From: Scenedesmus sp. PABB004
Lineage: Eukaryota
NCBI GenBank assembly: GCA_014905635.1
Contig: JABVCE010000011.1
Location: 868,001-932,000 of the forward strand
Length of the DNA stretch: 64,000 nucleotides
Reading direction: 5' to 3'
The translations under genes were made by a program, and so were the position numbers. The notes under the pieces were generated by a model, which did no database searches, had not been told where the DNA came from, and was given only the letters and a program-made list of their open reading frames with translations. Below are positions 40,801 through 53,300 of the stretch, piece after piece (the first letter of the stretch is position 1; every line of letters begins with the position of its first letter).

Positions 40801-42258
40801 GCCCTCTCTCAATCCCCCCCCTCCCGCCCCCATATCGCGCCTGCTCGCGCGCGATGTCCTTGCGGAAGGCGCTGATCTCTGCCTCCACGCTCAGCTCCTG
40901 TTGCCCCACCGCAGTCATCGACGCCTGGATCGCCGCCAGCGCCACGTCGCGCCTGCGCGCGCCGGGCGCCGGCGCCGGTTCGCAGCCGCTCGCTCGGCGC
41001 GCCCCGCGCGCCCCAGGGCTGCCCCCGCGCCGGCGCCCCGCGCGCACTTTTGCACAGCGTTGACGCTGCCGCGCCACTGCGCGAGCAGGGCCTTCTTCTC
41101 AAACCGCACGCCCTCCATCTCGCGCTCCGCCTCGGCCAGCGTCTCCTTGGCCGCGCGCGTCTCGAGGCGCTGCGCCGCGAGCTGCGCGCCGTGCAGCTCC
41201 AGCTGCGCCTGCAGCGACCGCTGCGTCTCCTGCGCGCCGCCGGCGCGTGCGCCCGGGACGCCCGCCGTCAGCGCGCGCACGTGCGCGCGCCGCCGAGGCT
41301 GCCCGCACAGCGCGCGCAGCAGCTGCCCACCGGCACCGCCCCGCCGCGCGCGGGTGCACCCCTTCTCCCCCCGCCTCCCCATCCAGCCCCCGTCATCATC
41401 GCGCCTGCAGGCCGTCGATGAGAAAATCCTGCGCCTGCACCTCCTTCTCCAGGCGTGCGACCGCGTCCTCCGCCGCCGCCGCGGCGCGGCGCGTGACCGC
41501 AATCTCCCCCGCCACGCCCGCGTTGTACGCCTCGACCGCCTGCAGCGTCGCGCCCAGCCGGTCCAGCTCGCGCTGCACCGCCTCCGCCTGCAGCCGTGCG
41601 GGGCGCGCGGGTGAGCGGGCGGGGCCAGGGCGCGCGCAGCGGGGCGCGCGTCGGTGCCGCTCGCGCACCCGCTGCGCCTCGGCCTTGTTCGTGGCGGCCG
41701 CGCCGTCCATGCGCTCCCGCAGCTGCGCCAGCTCCTGCTCCGCCTGCGGCGGGCGCGGCGGGTGCCGCGCGCTCGGTCGGCGCTCTGCGCACAGCCGGGC
41801 CGCCGCCGCGCCAGGGCGCGGGCGCGCGCGCCTGCACGCGCGTGGCGGCGAGCGCGGCGAAGCCGTCCTGCGCGCGCTCCAGGCCCATCTGCAGCTTGGC
41901 CAGGCTCTGCTGGTAGCCGTAGAGCTCCACACCCACCTCCTCGCGCTGCCTCTTTGCGCGCTGCGCGGCGGGCAGCGGGCGGCGGCCGGCGGGGGCTGGC
42001 CGCGCCGACTGGCGGTGACTGCCGCCCGCGCCGCCGCCGCCGCCGCCCCGCGCGCACCGACAGCGCGTTCTGCTTCTCCCTCAGCTCCCCCGCCACGCGG
42101 GCGCGCTTGGCGTCCAACTGCCGCGCCAGCGCGGCCTGCGCGCGCGCGAGCATGGGGTGGTCGGGGTCCATCTGCGCTGCCTCCGCGGCGGGCTCCTGCT
42201 GCTCGGCGCCGCCGCCCGGCGCTGCCGGCGGGCCCGGGTGCTCCTGTGTCTCTGCCAT
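37864..42258 (-). CDS. CCDC40: CCDC40/FAP172 axonemal 96-nm ruler coiled-coil protein, multi-exon
   Basis: MDPDHPMLARAQAAL, REEVGVELYGYQQSLAKLQ, QDFLIDGL, FEKKALLAQWRGS, GPLEATI, LQRRWIARQTELV, ERQIMLAERKIQLEKE and MKREVHRMELR. Confidence 0.88.
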
Positions 42259-42579
42259 GGCGGGCAGGTCCGTCACATGCGGTCCCAGCAGCGGGCTAGG
42301 CGCAGGCGGCGGCGAGCAGCGCGCCGGTCAACGTGCGCCGGGCGAGCGCTGCGGCGCGGCCTGGCGGTCCGTGGCGGGCGCGTGGCTGCGTGGATGGCGC
42401 CCTGCCACGGCGTGGCGGGACCTCCCGACCCACACCGCGCCGCTGAGACCTGGGGCGCGGCGGACGCGGCGGCCGGCCGGCACGGCCCGCCCCGCCCCGC
42501 GCCGGGCCCAGCCAGGCTGCCGTTGACAAGTGCGACCACATCTGGCACCACTGCTCCGCCCGCGCGGGCCCGCGGCGCC

Positions 42580-44066
42580 ATGGCGGCCGAGCAGCAGACC
42601 GCGAGCAGCAGCGCGCCCTTCGTGCAGGACGGCGTCATCGACGGCAAGGGCGTGGCGGCCCAGATTCGCGCCGAGGTCGCCGCCACCGTGGCGGCGCTGC
42701 GGGCAAAGCACGGCAAGGTGCGCGCCGCGCGGACCCGCCGCTGCCGGCACAGCCGCTGCCGCCGGCCGAGCGCTCGCCGCCGGCGCGCCGGCCGCCGCAG
42801 GTGCCGGGCCTGGCGGTGGTGATCGTGGGGGAGCGTAAGGACTCGCAGACGTACGTGCGCATGAAGAAGCGCGCGTGCGAGGAGGTCGGCATCGCGAGCT
42901 TTGGCGCTGACCTGCCGGAGAGCGCGAGCCAGGCCGAGGTGCTCGCGCTCGTGGCGAGCCTGAACGCCAACCCCGACGTGCACGGCATCCTGGTGCAGCT
43001 GCCGGTGCGCGCGCGCGCGCGGGCGAGCGGAGCCTGCCGGCCGGCGGGCGCGGCGCCGCGCGCCCACGCGCGCCGGCGCCGCGCCGCGCGTTCGCAGCTG
43101 CCCAAGCACATTGACGAGCAGCTCGTGCTGTCGGCGATCAGCGTCGAGAAGGACGTCGACGGCTTCCACCCGCTCAACATGGGGCGCCTCTGCATGAAGG
43201 CACGCCCGCGCCCGCGGCGCCAGCGGCGGCGGCGGCAGCTGCGGCTGGGGGCGCTGGCTGCGGGCGGCGCCCGCGCACGCCCGCGCACGCCCGCGCGCCC
43301 GCGCGCCGCCGCCCACGCGGCGCCGCCGCTCCCGCGCGCGCGCCGCCGCGCGGGCGCAGGGCCGCGAGCCGCTGTTTGTGCCGTGCACGCCGCTGGGGTG
43401 CATCGAGCTGCTCGACCGCACCGGCACGGCCATCGCGGGCGCGCGCGCGGCGGTGATCGGGCGCAGCAACATCGTGGGCATGCCCGTCGCGCTGCTGCTG
43501 GTCAAGCGCAACGCGACCGTCACGCTCTGCCACTCGGGCACGGTCGGCATGGAGCAGATCGTGCGGCAGGCCGACATCGTCGTCGCCGCGGCGGGGCAGG
43601 CGGAGATGATCAAGGCGCGGCGGCGCGCGCCGCGCGCGGTGCTGCGCCGAGCTGCGGCCACGCCGTCGAGCTGCGGCCGCGCGGCGCCGCCCCCGGCGGG
43701 GGTGCAGGGGTCGTGGATCAAGCCGGGCGCGGTCGTGATCGACGTGGGGACCAACCCCGTGGACGACGCGAGCAAGAAGGCCGGGTACCGCCTGGTCGGC
43801 GACTGCGCGTTTGAGGAGTGCAGGCGCGGCGCGGCGCGGCGCCGGGCCGCGGCGGCGGCACCCGCGGCGCGCGCGCGCGCGCGACACGGCGGCGGCGCAC
43901 GACACGGCGGCGGCGCGCGACGCAGCGGCCCCCGGCCCGTCCCCGCAGGGCGGTCGCGGGCGCAATCACGCCCGTGCCGGGCGGCGTGGGGCCGATGACC
44001 ATCGCGCTGCTACTCAAGAACACGCTGGCCAGCGCGGCGCGCTTCTTCGAGGGCGAGTGCACGTGA
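42580..44066 (+). CDS. folD: Bifunctional methylenetetrahydrofolate dehydrogenase/cyclohydrolase (FolD), 6 exons
   Basis: [50 protein letters not shown] and [12 protein letters not shown]. Confidence 0.96.
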
Positions 44067-44395
44067 GCGCGGGCGCGCGGCGCGCGGCGCGCGGGGCGGG
44101 GCCGGCGAGGAGGGCCGGCGGCGCTGAGCGCCCCGCACGCGCAACGCAGGCACGCGGCGGGCGGCGCGGCGGGCGGCGCGGCGGCGCTGCCGTCCTGGAG
44201 CACGCTGGCGCTGGGCAGCCTGGCCACCGCGACCGCGCTGCAGGCGCTCGTGCGCGCGTGGGGCCGTGCGCCGAGCAGTAGCAGGGGCGGCCGGGGCTGA
44301 GCAGCGCGGGCGTAGCGCTGTGGGCGGGCGTTGCAGCGCGTGCGCGGGCGGCGGCCATTCGTGAGGCCGCGGGAGCGCCCTGTGTCGGTTGGCAC

Positions 44396-44400
44396 TGTAA
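44396..44400 (+). promoter_or_regulatory. TGTAA polyadenylation signal (folD)
   Basis: TGTAA about 330 nt after the stop codon. Confidence 0.55.
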
Positions 44401-44722
44401 CACGAGCTCGCCGCAGCGCGTGCGCACGCATCTAGACTGACAGAAGAAGAAGGGAATGTTGAGTCGCGCGCGGCCTGCGGCCGGCAGCACCCGTGCTTGC
44501 AGCGCAGTCGCTAGGACACAGATGCCCACGCAGGCAGGTTCTGCAGGACTCTCTCTATGCACACAGGCCGGTCGCGCGCGCAGAGGGCCCGCGCGGCCGG
44601 AAGCAAGAGCAGTGCCGGTGGGTGGCGCGCGCGCGCTGGCGGCACGCCGTCCTGCGTGAATGGTGGTCGAGCCCAGCACAAGTTGAGGGGGAAAAGCATC
44701 CTGCATGCCGCCTGACGCGGCC

Positions 44723-47700
44723 TCACACAAGCCCGGGGGCGTTGACGGCCGCGCCGCGCGCGCGGATCACATACGCGGTCGCAAAGCCGGCCAGCCCGAG
44801 CGCGGCCCCAATACCCACGCCCACCCCGACGCCGATCTGCATCGGCTTGTTGTTGGTCACGGTCACGGTGGAGCTGCTCAGCGTGCCGGCCACGGGGCCG
44901 GTGACGTCGTAGGCGGTCTTGAAGGTCGAGTCAAAGAGCGCGTCGGGGCTGGCCACGAGCGCCGACACGAGGCCCGCCTGCGTCGCCTCGTCCGCGGGCG
45001 CGGTCACGACGACGTCGGCCTTCACAGAGCCCTTGTACACCTGCGCGCGGCGCGGGACGGGCGTGGGGCGGGGACGCGTGGGCGGCGCGCGCGCGGCGCG
45101 CAAGACCTCCCCCCGCCGCCAGCGCCGGCTGTTGCAGCGCGGCGGCGCGGCCACGCGCGCGCCGTCGCCGCCCGGCCCCCTCCGCACCCTGGCGACGGTG
45201 ACGCGCGACACGGGCACGCGCGCGCCGCGGGCCACGCTGGCGCGCAGGTCGTCCTTGAACGCGCTGAGCTTGGCCGCGTCCGCCGCGAGCTTGTCAAAGT
45301 CCGCCTGGAAGGTCAGCAGGAACGTGGAGCTCACCGTGGCCGTGGACTCGCCCTGGCCCTGCTGCGGGATCAGCACTGCGGGCCGAGCGGGCGGGGAAGC
45401 GGGCAGCGGGCAGGTCAGGCGCGCAGGGGGGGGGGGGTCGGGGGGCGGCGCAGCGCGCTCATGAAGCGCCCCCGCTGCGGCGGCAGCGCCGTCTCACCGC
45501 AGGCGCCCTCGCCGGCGGCGTCGGCGTAGCTGCCGGCGGGGCAGTCGCACGAGGTGGCGTCGGCCGCGAGCACCTTGCCCGCGGGGCAGGCGCGGCAGGC
45601 GAGGGCGTCGGGCGCGTCGCTCCAGGTCCCCGCGGGGCAGGCGGCGCAGTCGCCCGAGTCGGCGTCCAGTGCGTGCCCCGCGGGGCAGGCGCACGCGGAC
45701 TGGTCGGCGGCCAGCACGCCCGGCGCCTCGCACGCGTCGCAGTGGTGCGCGCCGGCGCTGCGGCTGAAGGTGCCGACCGGGCAGCGCTGGCAGCCGCCGG
45801 TGCCGTCGTCGAAGAAGCCCGCGGCACACTGGCAGCTCGTCTGGTCGGCGCTGGGCACCTGGCGGTCGGGGCAGGCCGCGCAGCTGGGCGAGGCCAGCTC
45901 GTCCGAGTACGTGCCGGCGGCGCACTTGCCGCACACGCCGGCCTGCAGGTACGAGCCCGCGCCGCACACTGCGCAGCGGCGGCGGCGGCGGCGGTCGCGG
46001 CGTCATGGGTGACCTCGGCACAGCGCGCGGGGGCCAGCTGGAGCCAGGCAGCGCAGCGCCGTGCGGTCCAGGGCGGGCGGCCAGGCGTCCGCGGGCCACG
46101 CACCGCACGCGCTCCCGTCCCAGTCAAAGCCCGCGGGGCAGTCGCAGGACGTCTGGTCGGCCGCGAGGACGCGCGGCAGGGAGCAGGCCATGCAGGTGGT
46201 GGGGGCGGGGCCGGCGCCCACGGTGGGGCCAAACTCGCCCTGGCGGCGGGCGGCCAGGCGGCGGCCGGGGTCAGCGCGCAGCCAGCGGCGGTTGGGGCCG
46301 CGGCAGCGGCAGCCCGGGCGGCCGGCCACGCCGCCCAGCGGCAGCACGTGCTGCGTCCGCGCCGCCCGGCCAGCCGCGCACCTCGGGGCAGGGCTCGCAG
46401 GTCGCGGGCGTGTCGCCGCTGGCGGGCGTGAAGGCGTAGCCCTTGGGGCACTCGCAGCCAGTGCCGTCGGCCGCGGGGACCATGTTGTCGACGGGGCAGC
46501 CGGCCTTGCAGAAGGTGCTGGCGGCCGTGCCCTCGTCGGCATTCCAGCTGCCCGCGGCGCACGCGGTGCACGTCCCGGCGGCGGCGTCAAACTCGTGGCC
46601 CGCCGGGCACGCTGCGGGGCGGCAGGGCGGTCGGCGCGGTGCGGAGCGGGGCTCAGGGCGCAGGGCGCGGGGCGCGCAGCCCCGGCCGGGCGCCGCGGCA
46701 GGGGCGTCGCACGGCCTGCGTGCTCACCGCAGGCGTCGCCTGACCGCACAAAGCTGTTGGCGCCCACCACGGCGCCGCACACGCAGCCGGTGCGCGCGCC
46801 GTTGGGGACCTGGCCCAGCACCGGGCAGTCGGCACTGCAGGCGGTGTCGTACTGGCGGCCGACCTCGGCGTTGAAGGTGCCGGCGGGGCACTGCCGGCAC
46901 GTCTGGGCCGCGGCGTCGAGCGCAAAGCCGGCGGGGCACGCTGCGCGCGGGCGGCCGGGGGCGGCCAGGGGGCGGCGGCGGTGGGCGCGGGCTGGCGCAG
47001 CACACGCAGCGTGGGGCCGCCAGGCCTGCCAGACTGCCGCGGGCGCGGCGGCGCCAGCAGCAACCCACCGCAGGCGGTCAGGTCGTTCGGGTCGCGCTCA
47101 AAGCCGTTTGCGCACAGGCAGGTGGTGCGGTCGCCGCTCACGGCCTTGACCGGCGCGGGGCAGAGCAGGCACGCGGGGGCGTCGGGATGCTCGTTGAAGC
47201 TGCCGGCCGGGCAGGCCTGGCAGCTCGCGGGCTTCTCGCCGGACGCGGGCGTCAGCTTGGAGCCGGGCGGGCACACTGCGGGGCAGGCGATGCGGGGACA
47301 GGCCGAGCGCGCGTCAGCGCAGGAAGCGGCGAGGCAGGGGCCGGCACGCCACGTTGCGCGCGCTGCAACCGCGCGCCCGCGCCCCGCCGCCCCGCCTCAC
47401 CGCACTGGCTGGCGTCCACGCGGTCAGGCACGAAGCCGCCGCCGCACACGCACGCCACGCCGCCGGGCGCGACGACGCGCGGCGCGGCGCAGACGCTACA
47501 GGTGGTCGCAGTGGTGGTGCCGAGCTGGTCGTTGAAGGTGGCCGCCGGGCAGGCGCTGCAGTTGGCGGCCGCGCCGTCAGGCACGGCCGGGGTGAAGGCA
47601 AAGCCCGTGGGGCACACGCAGCCCGTGCGCGCGGCGTTGGGCACCTCCCCCGCGATGGGGCAGGCCTCGCAGGTCGCAGAGTCGGGCGCCGCGCTGACGC

Positions 47701-49551
47701 GGCCCGCGGAGCAGCGGCTGCAGGTGCCGTCGGCGGCGTTGCGCAGGAAGCCGGCGGGGCACGCTGCGCGTCGGCGGCGGCGGGCGTGGTCAGGCGGCGG
47801 GCGGCGGCGCGCGGCTGCTGTAGCCGCGGCGGTGGCAGCGGCGACCTGCGGCGCGCCGCGCTGCGCGCACCGCAGACGGCGGGGTCAGCGGCGCTCGCGA
47901 CAAAGTTGTTGGCGCACGCGCAGCCCGTGCGCGCGGCGTTGGGCGCCATGCCCGCCGCGGCGCAGGTGGCGTTGCAGCTGGTGCTCGTGGCGCCGACGGC
48001 CACGGCGCGGCCGACGACGGCGTTGAAGGTGCCGGCGGGGCACACGGAGCAGGTCTTGGCGGCGGCGTCAAACTTGAAGCCGGCAGGGCACTCTGCGGGC
48101 GCGCGCGCGCCCAGGCGGCGGCGCGGGAGTCAGCGAGCAGCGCTGAGGCTGCGCCGCCGCTGGTGCTGGCTGGCGGCCGAGCCGCCGGCAGCCTGGTGGG
48201 CCGCGAGCGCGCTCACCGCAGGTGCCATCGCGGTCCACAAAGTTGGGCCCGCACACGCAGGCCGTCCTGTCGCTGCTCACGACCTTGGGCGCGGCGCAAG
48301 CGGCGCAGTCGGTGGAGCCAGGCGCGGTGCTGAAGGTGCCGCCCGTGCACGCGACGCAGGTCGGCGGCGTCGCGGGGGCGTCGCCGGCGGGCGTGTACTT
48401 GAAGCCGGCGGGGCACACTGCGCGCGCACGCGCGGCGGGGGCGCGGTGAGAGGGGCGTGAGAGGGGCGTGTGTGGGCGGTGGCCGCTGTGTAGCAAGCCT
48501 CCCGCAGCGCGCACGCACCGCAGTTGGCCGGGTGAGCGCGGTCCACGACAAAGCCGCCGCCGCACGCGCAGGCCGTGCGGTCAGCGCTGGCGACGCGCGG
48601 CGCGGCGCAGGCGCTGCAGGTGGTCGCAGTGGTGGTGCCGAGCTGGTCGTTGAAGGTGGCCGCCGGGCAGGCCGTGCAGTTGGCGGCCGCGCCGTCGGGC
48701 ACGGCGGGGGTGAAGGCAAAGCCCTTGGGGCACACGCATGCCGTTTGATCGGCGTTCAAGACCATGTTGGCGGTGTCGCAGCCAAAGAGCTGGGGAGGCT
48801 GCGGGGGCGGGGGCGACGGCGGCGGGGCGGTCAGGGCGGAGAGGCACAGCCGCGGCAGCGGCGGCTCTGCCGGCCCACGCACGCGCCGCCAGCGCACGCA
48901 GCAGCACGCGTGGCGAGAGAGCCTGTGGGCTCCGCCACGGCGCTCACCGACGCGGGCGCGACGGCCTGGCAGCACGCCGCGATGGCCTGGGCGGTGGTCA
49001 TGGCGTCGATGACGGTGCTGGCGTGGGCGGTGTTGGGCTCCAGGCCGCTGCCGCAGTCGGACGCGCTGAACGCCGTGCCGGCGCCGTCGGCGTCGCCGCA
49101 CGTGGCGCCGGTCGCCTGTTAGTCGAGAGCGCGGCGGCGGCGGCGGCGGGTGAGCAGGCGCCGGCAGCGACAGCATCCCTGCGCTGGAAGGGGCGCGCAC
49201 GCGCAGTCAGCCGCCCGCTCACGTAGGAGCAGCAGAGGCCGTCGTACACCGCGGGGTCGGTTGTGCCCCCGATGTCGGCGGCGGCGTTGGCAGGGTCCGC
49301 GACCTTGCCCGTGGGGCACGCCAGGCTGGTGTCAGTGGGTGACGCACAGGTGTCAGCCTGGGGTGTGCGGCGCAGGGGCGGTGGTGAGCGCGGTCGGGGC
49401 GTGACGCGCCCGGCGTCACAGCGCCGCGTGCGCGGCGCCGGCGGGGCCCGCGGCGCCGCACCCGCACGCCGGCGAGCAGGCAGCTCAGCGCGGTGATGAC
49501 CAGCAGACCACGCGCCGCCCGGTGGGCGCGCGGCCGGCCGGCGGGCGCCAT
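44723..49551 (-). CDS. Cys-rich repeat type-I membrane protein (GCC2/GCC3, ephrin-receptor-like repeats), copy A, multi-exon
   Basis: Signal-like GLLVITALSCLLAG, many CxxCPAGTF/CxCPxG repeats, a membrane-proximal ...GSV domain, TM segment IGVGVGVGIGAALGLAGFATAYVI and a short tail. Confidence 0.8.
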
Positions 49552-50363
49552 GCCTGGGGGCGGGGCGGCGGCGGGATGGCCGGCGCGGCGCGCGGTCTCG
49601 GGACGCGTGCTCGGGCGACTGCGGGATGCGGGCGCGCGTGTGTGCGGGAGAGGCAGTGAAGCGAGCCCGTGGCGGTCGCGGCGACGCGCGCGGCGCGGCG
49701 GCGCGGCCTGGGGGGCGGCCGGCGCACCTGCGCAGCGGCGTCGGGCGCCGCGGGCGGCGGGGCTGCCCCGGGGGCTGGGCGCTGCGGTGAGAAGGTGCTA
49801 ATGAACAGGCGGGGCCCTGGAAGCGTGTGGCGGAGGCCGGGGCGGCGGCGCGGTTTGAACGGCTCGCCGGCGCCAGGGCTCAGGGCCCAGCAGCGCCGTA
49901 CTTGCCAGCGTAACGCCGCCAGCTGCGCCGGGCCGCCCCGCGCTGTGCGGGGGGTGTGCGGGCGTGACGTGGGGACGGGGGAAGGCGGCCGCGCGGGGCG
50001 CGGGCGCGGTCGGCCCATGGCGGAGCCGGCGGCGGGGCGCGGCACGGGGGCCAGCCGGCGCGGCGGCCCAGCGCCTGGGCGGCGCAGCGGCCGGTCTCAC
50101 AGCCACGCGGCTGCGGCGGCGCGCGGGGGAGTGCGCCGGCCGCGCCGCGCGCAGCGGCGGCCGGCGGCCGAGCTCGCAGGACGGCCGTGCGCGCACTGCG
50201 CGCCGCTCCGCTGCGACGGGCCTGGGGCCCCTGGATGAACAGGCGGCCCAGCTGCAGCGCGCGATTACCGCCGGCGCGGCGGCGGCAGCAGCTCGGTCGA
50301 TCCGCCATCACAAGCCCCCCCTCGCCCAACCCTCGCCCCGCCCGACCCTCGCCCTGCCGGCGC

Positions 50364-53300
50364 TCAGTAGACCGCCTGCGGCGGCGCGGCGGCTGCGGGC
50401 GCCGGCTTGGGCGCGGTCTCCAGGTCGTGCACGATGGCCTGGAACTTGAGGATGTGCCGGCTCAGCAGCTCCGCCTGCGCGCGCGCGCATCGCCCCGCGG
50501 CGGCGTGAGCGCCGCCCGCGCTGCGGCGCGCGACGCCGCGGCGCGCGACACCCCGGCGGCCGCGCGCGCGCGCGCGCGCGCGCCTGGTGGCGGCTCGCGG
50601 TGGGCGCGTTGTCGCTGAGCATGACCAGCTCCACGCCGCTGGCGGGGTCGGTGTCGATGTAAAAGTCAATGTCCGCGGTCGACGTGAACGACCCGCTCGT
50701 CATGTCACGCCCGCCCTCCCACTGCAGGCTGCGCGCGCGCGGGCGCGCGGCGCGCGGCGGCGGCGGGCGGGCGGGCGGCTCAGCCCGTCGCCGAAGGGCG
50801 CCTCGCCCGCCGCGGCGCGCCGCCAGGGGCGGCGCGCGCCGCCGGCCCGCGCCGCACCAGTAGTTGGCCTTTTTGAGGCAGGCGAGCGCGGTGCGCAGCG
50901 TCGCCTCGTCCGTCTCGAGCAGGCCCGCGAGCTTGGGCAGGCTGATGCTGGAGTAGAGCAGCAGGTACTGCTTCAGCAGCGGCAGCCGGCTCGTGCCCGC
51001 GACCTGCTTCAGGAACAGGCTGCGCTGGCGCAGGTACGCCTGCGGCGCGGCGCGCGCGACGCGGCGCGGGGCGCGGGGCGTGGGGCGCGGGGGACGCGGC
51101 GCGCCGCCGCCGCCGTCAGACCCTGCCTGGGGCGAGGCCGGCGCGCGGCGCGCGCGGCACGCACCTCCTGCGGGCCCGCGGGCGAGGGGTTGTCGAAGGC
51201 CGGGGGCGCCGAGGTGATAAACTTGGGGCACGCGTACATGAAGGCCTCGTCAAAGAGGCCCTCGTCGCCCCGGAACATGCGCTGCGGCGCGGGGCAGGGG
51301 CAGCGGGGGCGCGGCGCGTGAAGCGGCGGCAATGCGGCGGTCGGCGGCGCGCGGGGGCGGCGCGGCGTGCCGGGCAGGCCCGCCAATGCGCGCGCGCGCG
51401 GGGTCAGCGTTTAAGTTCCCACATGGGCCCGGACAGGCTTTCGGGACAAAGCATTGTGTGATTTCTAGTGCATCACGCCCCGCGCCCGCCCGCATCGCCG
51501 CCGCGGAGGGCCGCCGCCGCTCGGCGGGCGGGCGCGGTCCGCGGCGGCGCACCTGCAGCTTCTCCCGAACTTGTCCTTGAGCGCCGCCAGGACGTGCTCG
51601 TCCAGCGTCGCCTGCACCGCGGGGCACAGCGCGACCACGAGCGCCAGCATCGCGTACATCTGCGCGCCGCGCCCCGGGTGGGGGCGGGCGCTGTCGGCGC
51701 CAGCGGGGCGCGCGGGCACGCGCGCGGCGCCGTGCGGCGCGGCACCCCCTCCCTGCCCGCCGCGCGCCGCGCCTCCCTGCCCGCCCGCCGCGCCGTGCGC
51801 CGCGCGCCTGCTCGTTCTTCTTGAGGATCTGGTCGTACGCGGCGTTGCGCGCGTGCAGCTGCTTCACGCGGTGGATGTACGACAGGATGCCGTTGAGGCA
51901 CCTGCGACGCGACACGCGGGGCGGGGCGGGGGCGGGGCGGGGCAGGCGGCGGTCAGCGGCGCGCGGCGGCGCGGTACGCAGGGGGCCCGCCACTGCAGTG
52001 CGCGCGCGTGGGGTCAGCGTTAAAGTTCCCACATGGGCCCGGACAGGCTTTCGGGACAAAGCATTGTGTGATTTCTAGTGCATCACGCCCCGCGCACCCC
52101 GCCCCTCCCCTCCCCCGCCGCCGCCGCAGGCCCCGCTGGAGCAGGGCGCGCGCGCGAGCGTCCGCCGCGTGTGCCGTGTGCGCCGCGTGCGCGCCGCGCG
52201 GCCGCGCACCGCCCGGCGTCTGTGTAGCGCTGGAGCATGAGGTACGCAAAGGAGGTGTAGTAGTAGAGCGTGATGTGGCAGCCGCTCAGCAGGTGGCTGT
52301 ACAGCCCCGACGGCGCAAACACGTTGAGCGGGAAGAGGCCCTGCAGGCCGGTGTGGTAGTCGCCGATCAGGCAGTGCACCTGGGGAGCGGCAGCGCGGCG
52401 GGGCGGCCGGCCACGGGCGCCGGTGAGGGCCGGGTGAGGGCCGGGCGCGGCGCGGCGCGGCGCGGCGCGCGCGCGCGCGGGAGAGGGCGGGGCGGGCGGG
52501 AGGCGCGGGCGGGCCGCGTCGCAGGCCGCCGCCGCCTTCCGCGGCCGTCCGGGCAGGGCCTGAAGGGAGCGGCAGCCCGCGACGCGGCCCGCCCGCACGC
52601 CGGCGCCGCGGGCCGGCCCGGCCGCCGCACGCACCCGCAGCTGGCCGATGAGGCTGAAGTAGCCCAGCATGCGCAGCACGTTGCTCTGGTTGGGCACGTA
52701 GCCCTCGCACGCGAGCAGCTCCGCGCCGCCGTCGCGGTCGAGCTCCGCGACGATGCCGCTCTTGTCCACGAGCGCCTGCAGCACGTTCAGCACGTCCAGG
52801 ATGTTCCACACCTGCGCGGGGCAGAGCGGGTTCGGACGGCGCGGGGCGGCGCGCCGCAACAGCGCCCGCTCCGCCCCGCCTGCAGCTCCCGCCGCTCCGC
52901 CGCTCCCGCCCGGCGCTCCTCCGGCCGCACCTTGTCGCACTTCTTCAGCAGCTCGATCTCCTCCGCGCTCTTGCCCGACAGCTTGCTGCGGTACTGCGCA
53001 AAGCTCTGGAACTGGTAGAGGAACTCGTCGACCATGTTCCAGAGCCAGTTGTTGGGCAGCATCATGTTCACGTTGCCTGCGGGGCACAGGCGCGCGCAGG
53101 TGCAGGCGCGGGGCACACCGTCGGTCGGCCCGCCCGCAACGCCGCGAGCGCGCGGCCGCTGCTAGCTCCCTGCGCTGGGCCTGCGGCTGCTGCCGCCGCC
53201 GCCGCGGCCGCGCCGTCGTCGCGCACCGTGCAGGATGACGCCGAAGAGGTCGCAGTAGTTGTCCCAGCTCTCGCACCGCGCGCGCAGGCTCGGCTGCGTC

